45,420 bases of DNA, from positions 1 to 45,420 of IMG/VR virus record IMGVR_UViG_3300012582_000002. The stretch is one strand, 5' to 3'. The translations under genes and the position numbers were made by a program. Positions 38,236 to 45,420 of this stretch are shown here, piece after piece. This DNA comes from a virus. The notes below the pieces were generated by a model that did not search any database, was not told the DNA's origin, and was given only the letters and a program-made list of their open reading frames with translations. How positions within the stretch are numbered: the stretch's first letter is position 1; every line of letters begins with the position of its first letter.

Positions 38236-38251
38236 TCTGAAAGGAGCCTCC

Positions 38252-38635
38252 GTGGCTACATGGATCTTCACGACTCCAACCGTTGCGGAGGCTCCCTTCG
38301 CATGGAACCCGCTTATGGAGCGGTTCCGCATGAATCGAGCACTCTCGGTTCAAGAAGTTTCCCCTGGCGTTTATGTGACTACCAGGTACGGCGCATACAC
38401 AGATGAGATAGGCGCAACTAACCTGCCGGTCAACCCGAACGCACAGGATACTACCTTCTGGCCAGCCTCTTCGGCTGGCCTCCACTACTTCCGTGGTGGA
38501 TACGAGTGGCCTGTGAGCGATCAGGTCAAAGCAGATCTGATCGCCTCAGGCGTAGCAGACAGCAGCAACTTCGTACTAGCTCCCGGCCAGGGCTTCGGCC
38601 AAGGCGGATTCGGAGAAGGAGGCTTCGGCTCGTGA
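38252..38635 (+). CDS. Hypothetical structural protein (127 aa)
   Basis: GTG with AAAGGAG RBS. The tracked ORF 38168 start overlaps the upstream gene. Confidence 0.5.
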   Translation: MATWIFTTPTVAEAPFAWNPLMERFRMNRALSVQEVSPGVYVTTRYGAYTDEIGATNLPVNPNAQDTTFWPASSAGLHYFRGGYEWPVSDQVKADLIASGVADSSNFVLAPGQGFGQGGFGEGGFGS

Positions 38636-39582
38636 CCTACACCCCGATCACGCCAGGCATACCCAACTGGGATGTGCCGCTGAACGCGGCACTCGTAGAC
38701 CAGGATGGCAGGATCACCACCAACGCAAGCGGACTGGGCACCAAGGTGTCCAAGTCTGGCGACACGATGACAGGCGACCTTACCGCCCAGTCGTTCAACA
38801 CCAACTCGACCGTCCGGTCTGCGTTTCTCAAGACGACCAGCACCACAGAGCACGCAGCTACGATCTATCAGGCTGGAACGTCGGGCTCCCCTGGAGGGGT
38901 AGCCCTGAACCTGATCTCGGACAACCCGAACAACTCTACTGTGTTCGTCACCGGTCACGAGCTGAACCGAGGCAGCGTCAAGATAGCCCACCTGAACCCT
39001 GGAGCTGGAGCTACCGCTGATACCGGCTCTGCTGCCGTGAGCATCGACCTACAGCGAAACGGGCAGGGAGGCACGGCAGCTCAGGGAATCTTCCTCACGG
39101 CCACCGAAGGGCCTACGACCGGCTCTCTCATGGTGCTCCGCAACTCGGACCCTGTGAACACAGACGACTTCGCGGTTCGGTCTGACGGCAAGACTGGCAT
39201 CCGAATCCCTGTGGGCAACACTCCTCAGGGCTCGCTTGAAGTACGCCAGCTCAACACTGGCGACATCGCCCTAGTCGTTCAGGGGGTCGCAGCAGCGACC
39301 CAACCGATAGCTCAGTTCAAGAACTCTGGTGGTACTGCTACCTTCGAGATCGGTTCCTCTGGAGCTATCGTTACCCGAGCGGTTATGTTCGTGACGAACA
39401 GCGTTCAGTTCGGGTCTACGTCTACCGACTTCGGTGGGGCTTCGGGCCCTGTCCTCTCGATGAAGAACTCTGCTACACCGCCTTCTACCAACCCTACGGG
39501 TGGTGGCATTATCTACACCGAAGCTGGTGCACTCAAGTACAGAGGTTCCTCGGGAACCGTCACCGTAATCGCCCCTGCATAG
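38632..39582 (+). CDS. Tail-fibre-like protein (316 aa)
   Basis: GTGA-coupled start. N-terminal VSKSGDTMTGDL motif is common in phage fibre proteins. Gly/Thr/Ser-rich beta-type composition. Confidence 0.55.
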   Translation: MTYTPITPGIPNWDVPLNAALVDQDGRITTNASGLGTKVSKSGDTMTGDLTAQSFNTNSTVRSAFLKTTSTTEHAATIYQAGTSGSPGGVALNLISDNPNNSTVFVTGHELNRGSVKIAHLNPGAGATADTGSAAVSIDLQRNGQGGTAAQGIFLTATEGPTTGSLMVLRNSDPVNTDDFAVRSDGKTGIRIPVGNTPQGSLEVRQLNTGDIALVVQGVAAATQPIAQFKNSGGTATFEIGSSGAIVTRAVMFVTNSVQFGSTSTDFGGASGPVLSMKNSATPPSTNPTGGGIIYTEAGALKYRGSSGTVTVIAPA

Positions 39583-39590
39583 GAGATCTC

Positions 39591-39764
39591 ATGGCTAAGC
39601 CGAACAAGAAGGCGCCCCTCGGTCAGGGTGGGCGATTCGCTGCTGTCGCTAAGGCTGCTGGCGGAGGTAAGAAGGGCGCAGCGATAGCCGCTGCTGCTGG
39701 ACGTAAGAAGTACGGCGCCAAGAAGATGGCGAAGATGTCTGCTGCGGGAAGGAAGAAGGGCTGA
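39591..39764 (+). CDS. Highly basic Lys/Ala/Gly-rich 57-aa protein
   Basis: Hand-translated MAKPNKKAPLGQGGRFAAVAKAAGGGKKGAAIAAAAGRKKYGAKKMAKMSAAGRKKG. AGGAG RBS. Confidence 0.45.
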   Translation: MAKPNKKAPLGQGGRFAAVAKAAGGGKKGAAIAAAAGRKKYGAKKMAKMSAAGRKKG

Positions 39765-40018
39765 TGGATCTCTACAAGAACCCCGAGACCGAAGAGCAGG
39801 ATGACGAGTTCCCCAACCGGGACACCGACACCTCCGACTTCCCGACTACGATCGCTGGCCCTGGTGGGGTCAGCACGTTCACAGAGAACAACGAGCGAGG
39901 CATCCTGGATGAGGTTGTGTTCCAGGCTATGGCTACGTTCAAGCAGGCTGAGCTTGGCTCTCAGCACAACAGCCACCGTCAGGACATCTACAGGCAGGGT
40001 GGAGCCCATGCTGAATGA
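39764..40018 (+). CDS. Hypothetical acidic protein (84 aa)
   Basis: Tracked ORF, TGATG coupling. Confidence 0.5.
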   Translation: MDLYKNPETEEQDDEFPNRDTDTSDFPTTIAGPGGVSTFTENNERGILDEVVFQAMATFKQAELGSQHNSHRQDIYRQGGAHAE

Positions 40019-40214
40019 GATACCCGCATGGATGCAGTCCACCTCTAAGCGGGCTGTAGGCCAGGGGATACGCAAGCCCAAGCCGATCCAATCCACCATG
40101 CCTGCTCAGGCTTCTGCCGTGCAGGCTCAGGCGCTGCGGGCACAGACCGCTGCTCAGTCCCACAACGTCTTCCGTCCCGACATCTTCCGAGTCTCCGAAG
40201 GATACCTGAACTAA
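40008..40214 (+). CDS. Hypothetical protein (68 aa)
   Basis: Internal ATG of tracked ORF 39801..40214 that overlaps the upstream stop. Confidence 0.45.
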   Translation: MLNEIPAWMQSTSKRAVGQGIRKPKPIQSTMPAQASAVQAQALRAQTAAQSHNVFRPDIFRVSEGYLN

Positions 40215-40438
40215 TGCCACCCGTACAGAAGAAAGCGGAGGCCCCCATGGGCCTCCTCAAGAAGGGCGCCCTGATCAACCTGGAGAAGGGTGGACGGACG
40301 CTCACCAACCTTGAGGTACTCGACTGGGATGAGACCTTCGTCAAGTTCCGGTGGGACATCCACACCTCCCCGCAGACCGAGATCGTTCTGATCCCGTGGC
40401 AGAAGATCGATGCGATCGGATTGGTCGGTGAGCGGTGA
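40214..40438 (+). CDS. Hypothetical protein (74 aa)
   Basis: Tracked ORF, TAATG coupling. Confidence 0.5.
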   Translation: MPPVQKKAEAPMGLLKKGALINLEKGGRTLTNLEVLDWDETFVKFRWDIHTSPQTEIVLIPWQKIDAIGLVGER

Positions 40439-40722
40439 AGCGCGTTGCCCGAAGTGCGGCAGGTCGTTCGAAGACTGCATCTGTACTGGGTGCAAACTGT
40501 TCAGGAACCTGCGCCACCCGAGATCACACGTCCTACGGTGAGTGCCTGAGGGCCAAGGGCATCCAGCTCTCCCCTCACGTGAATGGTGACTACGGCTCAC
40601 GTCAGAAGACTTGGGACAAAGACCTCGACCACTATGAATCTGCAACCCGTCAGGGGTTGCAGCCTGTCGGCACACAGCGTTGGCAGGTCGACAAGGCTAT
40701 GAAGGAGGCGGAGAATGGCTGA
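40435..40722 (+). CDS. Hypothetical protein (95 aa)
   Basis: Tracked ORF, GTGA coupling. Confidence 0.5.
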   Translation: MKRVARSAAGRSKTASVLGANCSGTCATRDHTSYGECLRAKGIQLSPHVNGDYGSRQKTWDKDLDHYESATRQGLQPVGTQRWQVDKAMKEAENG

Positions 40723-41176
40723 GCTAGCAGTAAGAATCGACGGAGGCGCACTTACCCCTATCGGGACGGTGTCCACCTCACTTCCCATCACGGTTACCCA
40801 GGGCGGTAACACCGCCAATGTCGCAGTGCCCGACCCCAACCTTGGTGCTGCACTTCTGGTCTCTACCGGCCAGCTCGTTGCCACGACCACGCTGAACGCG
40901 GTGACCACCAACGCTACCGGTTCAACTATGGACGGTGGCTCGGCTCACGCTAACTGCACGCTGGTTGCTGTGGGTACGTCCACACTTACCGGCACGCTCA
41001 CCCTTGAGGGCTCGCTGGACAACACTACCTGGGTGTCCACCGGAACCACGCTCGCTCTGACGGCAGCCCTTACGGGGACTGCCACCTCTAGCGGCAAGGC
41101 GTTCAGGTACTACCGAGTCTCTCTCACCGGCGCTGGTGGCGCCGGTACTGTCACCGTTAAGATCATGGCTAGCTAG
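40715..41176 (+). CDS. Thr/Ala/Gly-rich beta-sandwich-like structural protein (153 aa)
   Basis: Tracked ORF. The C-terminal FRYYRV-type strand resembles carbohydrate-binding jelly-roll modules (weak). Confidence 0.5.
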   Translation: MAELAVRIDGGALTPIGTVSTSLPITVTQGGNTANVAVPDPNLGAALLVSTGQLVATTTLNAVTTNATGSTMDGGSAHANCTLVAVGTSTLTGTLTLEGSLDNTTWVSTGTTLALTAALTGTATSSGKAFRYYRVSLTGAGGAGTVTVKIMAS

Positions 41177-41209
41177 AAGGAGTTTCCCCCCACATCCTTA
41201 GGAGCACCG

Positions 41210-41770
41210 ATGGGCCAGCAGTCGATCAGCATAGACAACACATCCCTAGCACCGCTCTACACCTCTGTGGCATCCAACCCCTCCATCAAGGGTGCGTATG
41301 TCTACTCGATCGGCGCTGTTCCCGGCGTCGTTGCGGCCAACAACTTTGTCAGCCTCTTCAATCCCGTCGGGTCCGGCAAGACCGTTTCGGTGGGAGCTGC
41401 ATACATCAGCAGCTTCGCCATTACGGCATCTCTCACGCCTGCGCCTATGAACGGATTCAGAACTACCGCCGCTTCAGGCGGTACGCTCCAGACCAACTCG
41501 ACTGCTATAGCCGAGTTCCAGAGCACTATGCCTACCTCTATCTGCGAGCTGCGAACGGGCAACCCTACGGTTACTCTCGGCCCGCAGATCTTCAACGCTG
41601 CACCGGTGGAAGCTACCAACTCTGGTGCGTCGACACTTCAGAACATAGCTGCGGCCCCTGCTGTCTTCCCTCCGTTCACCCTGGTGCCTGGAGAGGGGAT
41701 CGTTATCCGATCCCTGAGCGGTCTGGTTGCCACGCTGTGGAACATCAGTCTCGTCTGGGCTGAACTCTAA
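41210..41770 (+). CDS. Hypothetical structural protein (186 aa)
   Basis: Tracked ORF, AGGAG RBS. Confidence 0.55.
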   Translation: MGQQSISIDNTSLAPLYTSVASNPSIKGAYVYSIGAVPGVVAANNFVSLFNPVGSGKTVSVGAAYISSFAITASLTPAPMNGFRTTAASGGTLQTNSTAIAEFQSTMPTSICELRTGNPTVTLGPQIFNAAPVEATNSGASTLQNIAAAPAVFPPFTLVPGEGIVIRSLSGLVATLWNISLVWAEL

Positions 41771-41781
41771 GAAGGAGAATC

Positions 41782-42726
41782 ATGGCTACGAGTTTCGATC
41801 AGCTTGTCTCGCGAGTCAAGCAGCAGCTTCTCGGTTACACCAGGGATCAGGCTTCGATCTCGTACCTTGTGGCTGATATGAGCGCCACGGATGCCACCTT
41901 CCAGGTGGACACCGACACGGTGACCAACGTCTCTAGGGGCCTGGTCGAGATTGACGATGAACTGATCCTCGTCAAGAAGTTCGACCGCCCTTCAGGGACG
42001 GTCACCGTTATGGGTTCGTTCGGTGGTGGCCATGCTGGTCGCGGTGCTGAAGGCACTGCCGCTTCTGCTCACACCACGAACACTATGGTTACCGATGACC
42101 CTATGTACCCTCGGTCTCGCATCAAAGAGGCTATCAACGACACGATCAACGGTACATACCCGGACCTGTGGGTGTTCTCGGAGTACGAGTTCCCCAAGAT
42201 TGCAGCACGCTACGAGTATCCTCTCCCCGCCGACGTCGAAGACGTGTACAAAGTCTATGTGAACACCATCGGCCCTTCGGCCGTATGGTTCCCGCTCTCC
42301 TCGTGGCGCTTCAACCCTCAGGCTTCCACTACTGCTGGCCAAGTTAAGCCTACGCCTGCGCCCACCGGCAAGTCTCTTCAGATCATGAGGGACTTCATCG
42401 TCCCTGGCCGTAACATCCGGGTGACCTACTCAAAGAAGCCCAACATCCTGGTCAACAACTCTGACGACTTCGAGACGGTGACCGGTTACCCAGACAGGTA
42501 TCTGGATCTGATCGTGTACGGCGCCTGTTGGCGCCTTCTCCCTGCCTACGAAGCGGCTCGTCTTCAGCAGTCCCAGATCGAAGCGACCGAGCGTGCGCCT
42601 CTGGTCCCGACTGGTGCTGGTTCTCAGGCTGCTCAGTACTACCTGTCGCTGTATCAGCGGAGGCTGCAAGAGGAGCGAGACCGTCTGTTCCGTCTGTTCG
42701 AGAACAACCAAGCCTACAACGGCTGA
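41782..42726 (+). CDS. Hypothetical structural protein (314 aa)
   Basis: Tracked ORF, AAGGAG RBS. Confidence 0.6.
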   Translation: MATSFDQLVSRVKQQLLGYTRDQASISYLVADMSATDATFQVDTDTVTNVSRGLVEIDDELILVKKFDRPSGTVTVMGSFGGGHAGRGAEGTAASAHTTNTMVTDDPMYPRSRIKEAINDTINGTYPDLWVFSEYEFPKIAARYEYPLPADVEDVYKVYVNTIGPSAVWFPLSSWRFNPQASTTAGQVKPTPAPTGKSLQIMRDFIVPGRNIRVTYSKKPNILVNNSDDFETVTGYPDRYLDLIVYGACWRLLPAYEAARLQQSQIEATERAPLVPTGAGSQAAQYYLSLYQRRLQEERDRLFRLFENNQAYNG

Positions 42727-42737
42727 TTGGAGGAGAC

Positions 42738-44270
42738 ATGGCCAACTCTCGTTACTACTCTTCTATCGCGCTGCCGACCACGCTTACCGGCGCTGTAACC
42801 AGCTCTGGCACCACGATCACAGTGGCTGCCACCACCGGCTTCCCCGGCTCGCTGCCGTACACCCTGGCCCTCGACTACGGCTCGGCTACCGAGGAGCTGG
42901 TCGAGGTTACCAACGTAGCCTCGCTCACCCTCACCATCGTCCGGGGTATCGATAGCACGGCCAACGCGAGCCACAACCCCGGAGCCGTGGTTCGCCATGT
43001 AAGCTCCGCTCGGGACTTCACCGATAGTAGGACCCACGAAGCCTCTGCGAGTGGCGTACACGGCGTCTCAGGGGCTGTGGTGGGCACGTCTGACTCACAG
43101 TCTCTCAGCAACAAGACGCTAGTCCGGGCTCTGGGGTCTATGCAGAACGCAACGTTCTACAACGTGGGCGGTTCTGGCATCACCCAGATCATCGGAGACT
43201 CCACCAACCCGAACGCTTCTCGCCTTGAGATCAAGGACAACGAGGTTGCGCTGAACACTATGGTGTTCATCCAGAACGCGGGCAACATCAAGTCTGTCCG
43301 CAACGCTGGTGATGCCGACAGCGCATACAAGTTCCGAGTGACAGACAACGACGGCACCACCGACAGGGCTGCGATCCTGGCTGGCGGTACGGTCACGCTT
43401 ACACCTACCTCCGCCACCACGTTCGTAGCAGCAGACATCGTGGCACCTGATACCTCAACGAGCAAGAGGGCTATCAGGGTAGCTGCCGCTGGAGGCGGCA
43501 CCGAAAGGCTAGCGGTGTTCAACGATGGCCATGTGGCCATCTCTGGTACCGCCTCCGGTCAGACGTTGCTCAAGGTGACCGCTGCCGGTTCACCGTCTGT
43601 GGACATCTTCAACGTCTCGGACAACACGGCCAGCACGCTGTTCGCTGTGCAGTCCACAGGTCGGTTCCTCGGCAACAAGGGCGGCACTATCGCTCAGCCT
43701 GGTGTCACCTCTGGTGCCGTCTTCCAGGTTGGCGGGTCGAACGTAGGCTATACCGGCAACCTTCAGCAGTGGGTCAGTCCGGCCAACGCTATCGTTGCGG
43801 CGATGACCGAGGCTGGCAACCTGAGCACCAACGCCATCTCTGCTGCTACCACCGCGTGGTCCACGTACGTTCCGAACTGGGCTAACGAGGGTTCGGCTAC
43901 GTTCTCTACGAACACCGGCTACTACCACAAGCTGGGCAAGATTGTGTTCGTCGACATCTACTCTACTGTCAACGTCGCTGGTTCTGGTGGATCTGGTGGT
44001 ACGCCGCTCACGGTGACGCTGCCCTCCAACCCTGACCGGTCTCAGAGGCAGTCGCTCACCCTGCACGGAGAAACCATCAAGGTCAACGGTGGTACCGGAG
44101 CCTCCACCATCCGTGGAGGCGAAGCTGTGACATTCACCGGTGGAACGGGTGCGATCATAGACCGCCTGCGGGTGGACGACTCGGATGGTGACGGAGAGAA
44201 CAACCTCTACGGCGCCGACCTTATCGCTGGCGGCATCATCAACATCCATGGATGGTACAGGGAGGCGTGA
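42738..44270 (+). CDS. Fibre/receptor-binding-like structural protein (510 aa)
   Basis: ATG with GGAGGAG RBS (the tracked ORF starts too early). Long Gly/Thr/Ser/Ala/Val-rich beta-type sequence. Confidence 0.55.
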   Translation: MANSRYYSSIALPTTLTGAVTSSGTTITVAATTGFPGSLPYTLALDYGSATEELVEVTNVASLTLTIVRGIDSTANASHNPGAVVRHVSSARDFTDSRTHEASASGVHGVSGAVVGTSDSQSLSNKTLVRALGSMQNATFYNVGGSGITQIIGDSTNPNASRLEIKDNEVALNTMVFIQNAGNIKSVRNAGDADSAYKFRVTDNDGTTDRAAILAGGTVTLTPTSATTFVAADIVAPDTSTSKRAIRVAAAGGGTERLAVFNDGHVAISGTASGQTLLKVTAAGSPSVDIFNVSDNTASTLFAVQSTGRFLGNKGGTIAQPGVTSGAVFQVGGSNVGYTGNLQQWVSPANAIVAAMTEAGNLSTNAISAATTAWSTYVPNWANEGSATFSTNTGYYHKLGKIVFVDIYSTVNVAGSGGSGGTPLTVTLPSNPDRSQRQSLTLHGETIKVNGGTGASTIRGGEAVTFTGGTGAIIDRLRVDDSDGDGENNLYGADLIAGGIINIHGWYREA

Positions 44271-44273
44271 CCT

Positions 44274-45420
44274 ATGGCTGACATCGTCAACCGGATACCT
44301 TACGAACTCAGCAACTTCGGCACGGGTGGTGGAAGTAACTACAACCTCACCGACTACCGTTACGACTATGCTCTCGATGGTATCCCGTTCATGTCGGCCA
44401 CCCGGGATCAGTGGCCGTACACCGAGGGTATGGCTGAGATCCGCAAGCAGCAGTACGACGCCTCTGCTGAGCCGGGTGAGCAGTCTCTCTACGGCTGGTG
44501 GCTCAGGTCTCAGCAGAACTTCTCTGGTGGTGCAGGTCTGATCTACCAGGACCCCGACATCCAGAACCCTTACACCAGGGCGTTCGATCTCCGCTACGCC
44601 GACTCTCTAGGAGTCGACCCGTGGACCGGTGGTCAGCTCTCTCTCCTCCGTGACGTGACCCGTAAGGTCACGCTCTCGTCCACCATAGCCAAGGTTCAGG
44701 GCTACGTCAGCTCGGGCGGTGTGGACTCAGCCTGGCTGGTGGACGGTGGCAACTACTACACTATGAACGATGCTGGCTCTGCTGGCATCGCGTTTGCCTC
44801 GGTCGGCTCGCTACTCGACCTTACCGGTGTGGGTAACCGCAGCCTCATCCTGATGACAGATGGCGTGTGGAGCGGGGTAGATGGAGCTGCGCCTACCAAG
44901 ATGTTCAGCTTCACAGTCACCCCCACAGGGGGTGCCATAGGGTTCGTGAAGAACCGCGTGGTGGTGGCGATAGACAACAAGGTGTACTTCGCTCCGCTGA
45001 ACACCGGTGCCACTCTTGCTATCGATACCGCTCCGAACTTCAGCTTCAGCTACACCCACACCGACCCGAACTGGAAGTGGACTTCGGTCTCCGAAGGCCC
45101 TACCGCTATCTACATCTCGGGCAAGAACTCCACCCAGTCGAACATCTTCAAGTTCTCTATCGACTTCACCGGCACCACGGAGATCGTGCTGCCTACCACG
45201 ACGGCAGTCATGCCGACAGGCGAGAAGATCAATACCATCTACGGCTACATCAGCTCGTTCATAGGTATCGCCACAGACAAGGGCTTCCGGGTTGGCGAGT
45301 TCGACAACAACGGTGACGTGGTCTACGGACCACTCCTCTTCTCGCCCACCGGTGGATGTACCGGCATCTCCGGGTTCGACAGGTTCATGTGGGTAGGGTC
45401 TGACACGGCCCACGATGGCA
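44274..45420 (+). CDS. N-terminal part of the ~650-aa wrap-around virion protein (continues at 124..929)
   Basis: ATG 3 nt after the upstream stop. No stop in frame to the window end. Hand translation joins the protein of ORF 21..929. Confidence 0.75.
   Translation, partial: MADIVNRIPYELSNFGTGGGSNYNLTDYRYDYALDGIPFMSATRDQWPYTEGMAEIRKQQYDASAEPGEQSLYGWWLRSQQNFSGGAGLIYQDPDIQNPYTRAFDLRYADSLGVDPWTGGQLSLLRDVTRKVTLSSTIAKVQGYVSSGGVDSAWLVDGGNYYTMNDAGSAGIAFASVGSLLDLTGVGNRSLILMTDGVWSGVDGAAPTKMFSFTVTPTGGAIGFVKNRVVVAIDNKVYFAPLNTGATLAIDTAPNFSFSYTHTDPNWKWTSVSEGPTAIYISGKNSTQSNIFKFSIDFTGTTEIVLPTTTAVMPTGEKINTIYGYISSFIGIATDKGFRVGEFDNNGDVVYGPLLFSPTGGCTGISGFDRFMWVGSDTAHDG
45298..45420. repeat. Second copy of the 123-bp closure overlap
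   Basis: Identical to 1-123. Confidence 0.9.

Noticed and set aside
39623-40099. 158-aa minus-strand ORF among the tail genes
   Set aside because: It is antisense to three coupled plus-strand genes. Its translation is Ala/Leu/Pro-rich shadow sequence.
1-45420. CRISPR arrays, transposases/IS elements, rRNA
   Set aside because: No regularly spaced direct repeats, no transposase-like ORFs and no rRNA-like segments were seen on either strand.

Overview
The window is a complete, circularly closed phage genome. Bases 1-123 are identical to 45298-45420, so the unit length is 45,297 bp. The ORF that runs off the right end (from 44274) continues in frame into 1..929.

The sequence is GC-rich by eye. 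It encodes a WhiB-like regulator, a Cas4-type exonuclease, several peptidoglycan hydrolases and many GGAGG-type RBSs. Together these suggest a lytic actinobacteriophage; the host is an inference. No tape-measure or tail-tube genes are visible, so a podovirus-like virion is likely.

Architecture:
- (i) A leftward early/DNA-metabolism arm runs 19357 down to 1820. It holds about 60 mostly very small genes, heavily translationally coupled through ATGA/GTGA/TGATG overlaps. It includes a two-ORF primase, a DnaB/RecA-like ATPase, endonuclease VII, dCMP deaminase, a Cas4-like nuclease, a WhiB-like protein, a secreted GH16-like hydrolase, two tandem mini-kinase paralogs and three small CxxCxGxG zinc-finger paralogs.
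- (ii) One rightward three-gene cassette is embedded in that arm (12122-13737): a metallophosphoesterase, a small ORF and a sigma-70-family factor.
- (iii) A 1.2-kb ORF-poor, palindrome- and repeat-rich divergent control region lies at 19358-20571.
- (iv) A rightward late arm runs 20572 through the closure point to 1762. It encodes terminase with an N-terminal HTH, an amidase endolysin, portal, a 1757-aa virion protein, NlpC/P60 and SLT virion hydrolases, tRNA-Asn, scaffold-like and major capsid proteins, fibre-like proteins and a holin-like lysis tail.

No integrase, repressor, DNA polymerase or RNA polymerase was recognised.

The most unusual signal is a family of eight tRNA-like elements on the early strand. 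Seven are acceptor-stem plus T-arm minihelices with a canonical T-loop but no D or anticodon arm. They sit in intergenic gaps, six of the seven starting 5-8 nt after a stop codon, and six form a cluster at 16177-18824. The stems show compensatory changes between copies. I know of no described phage system of this kind, and I propose tRNA-punctuation-like RNA processing, or a decoy role, as hypotheses.
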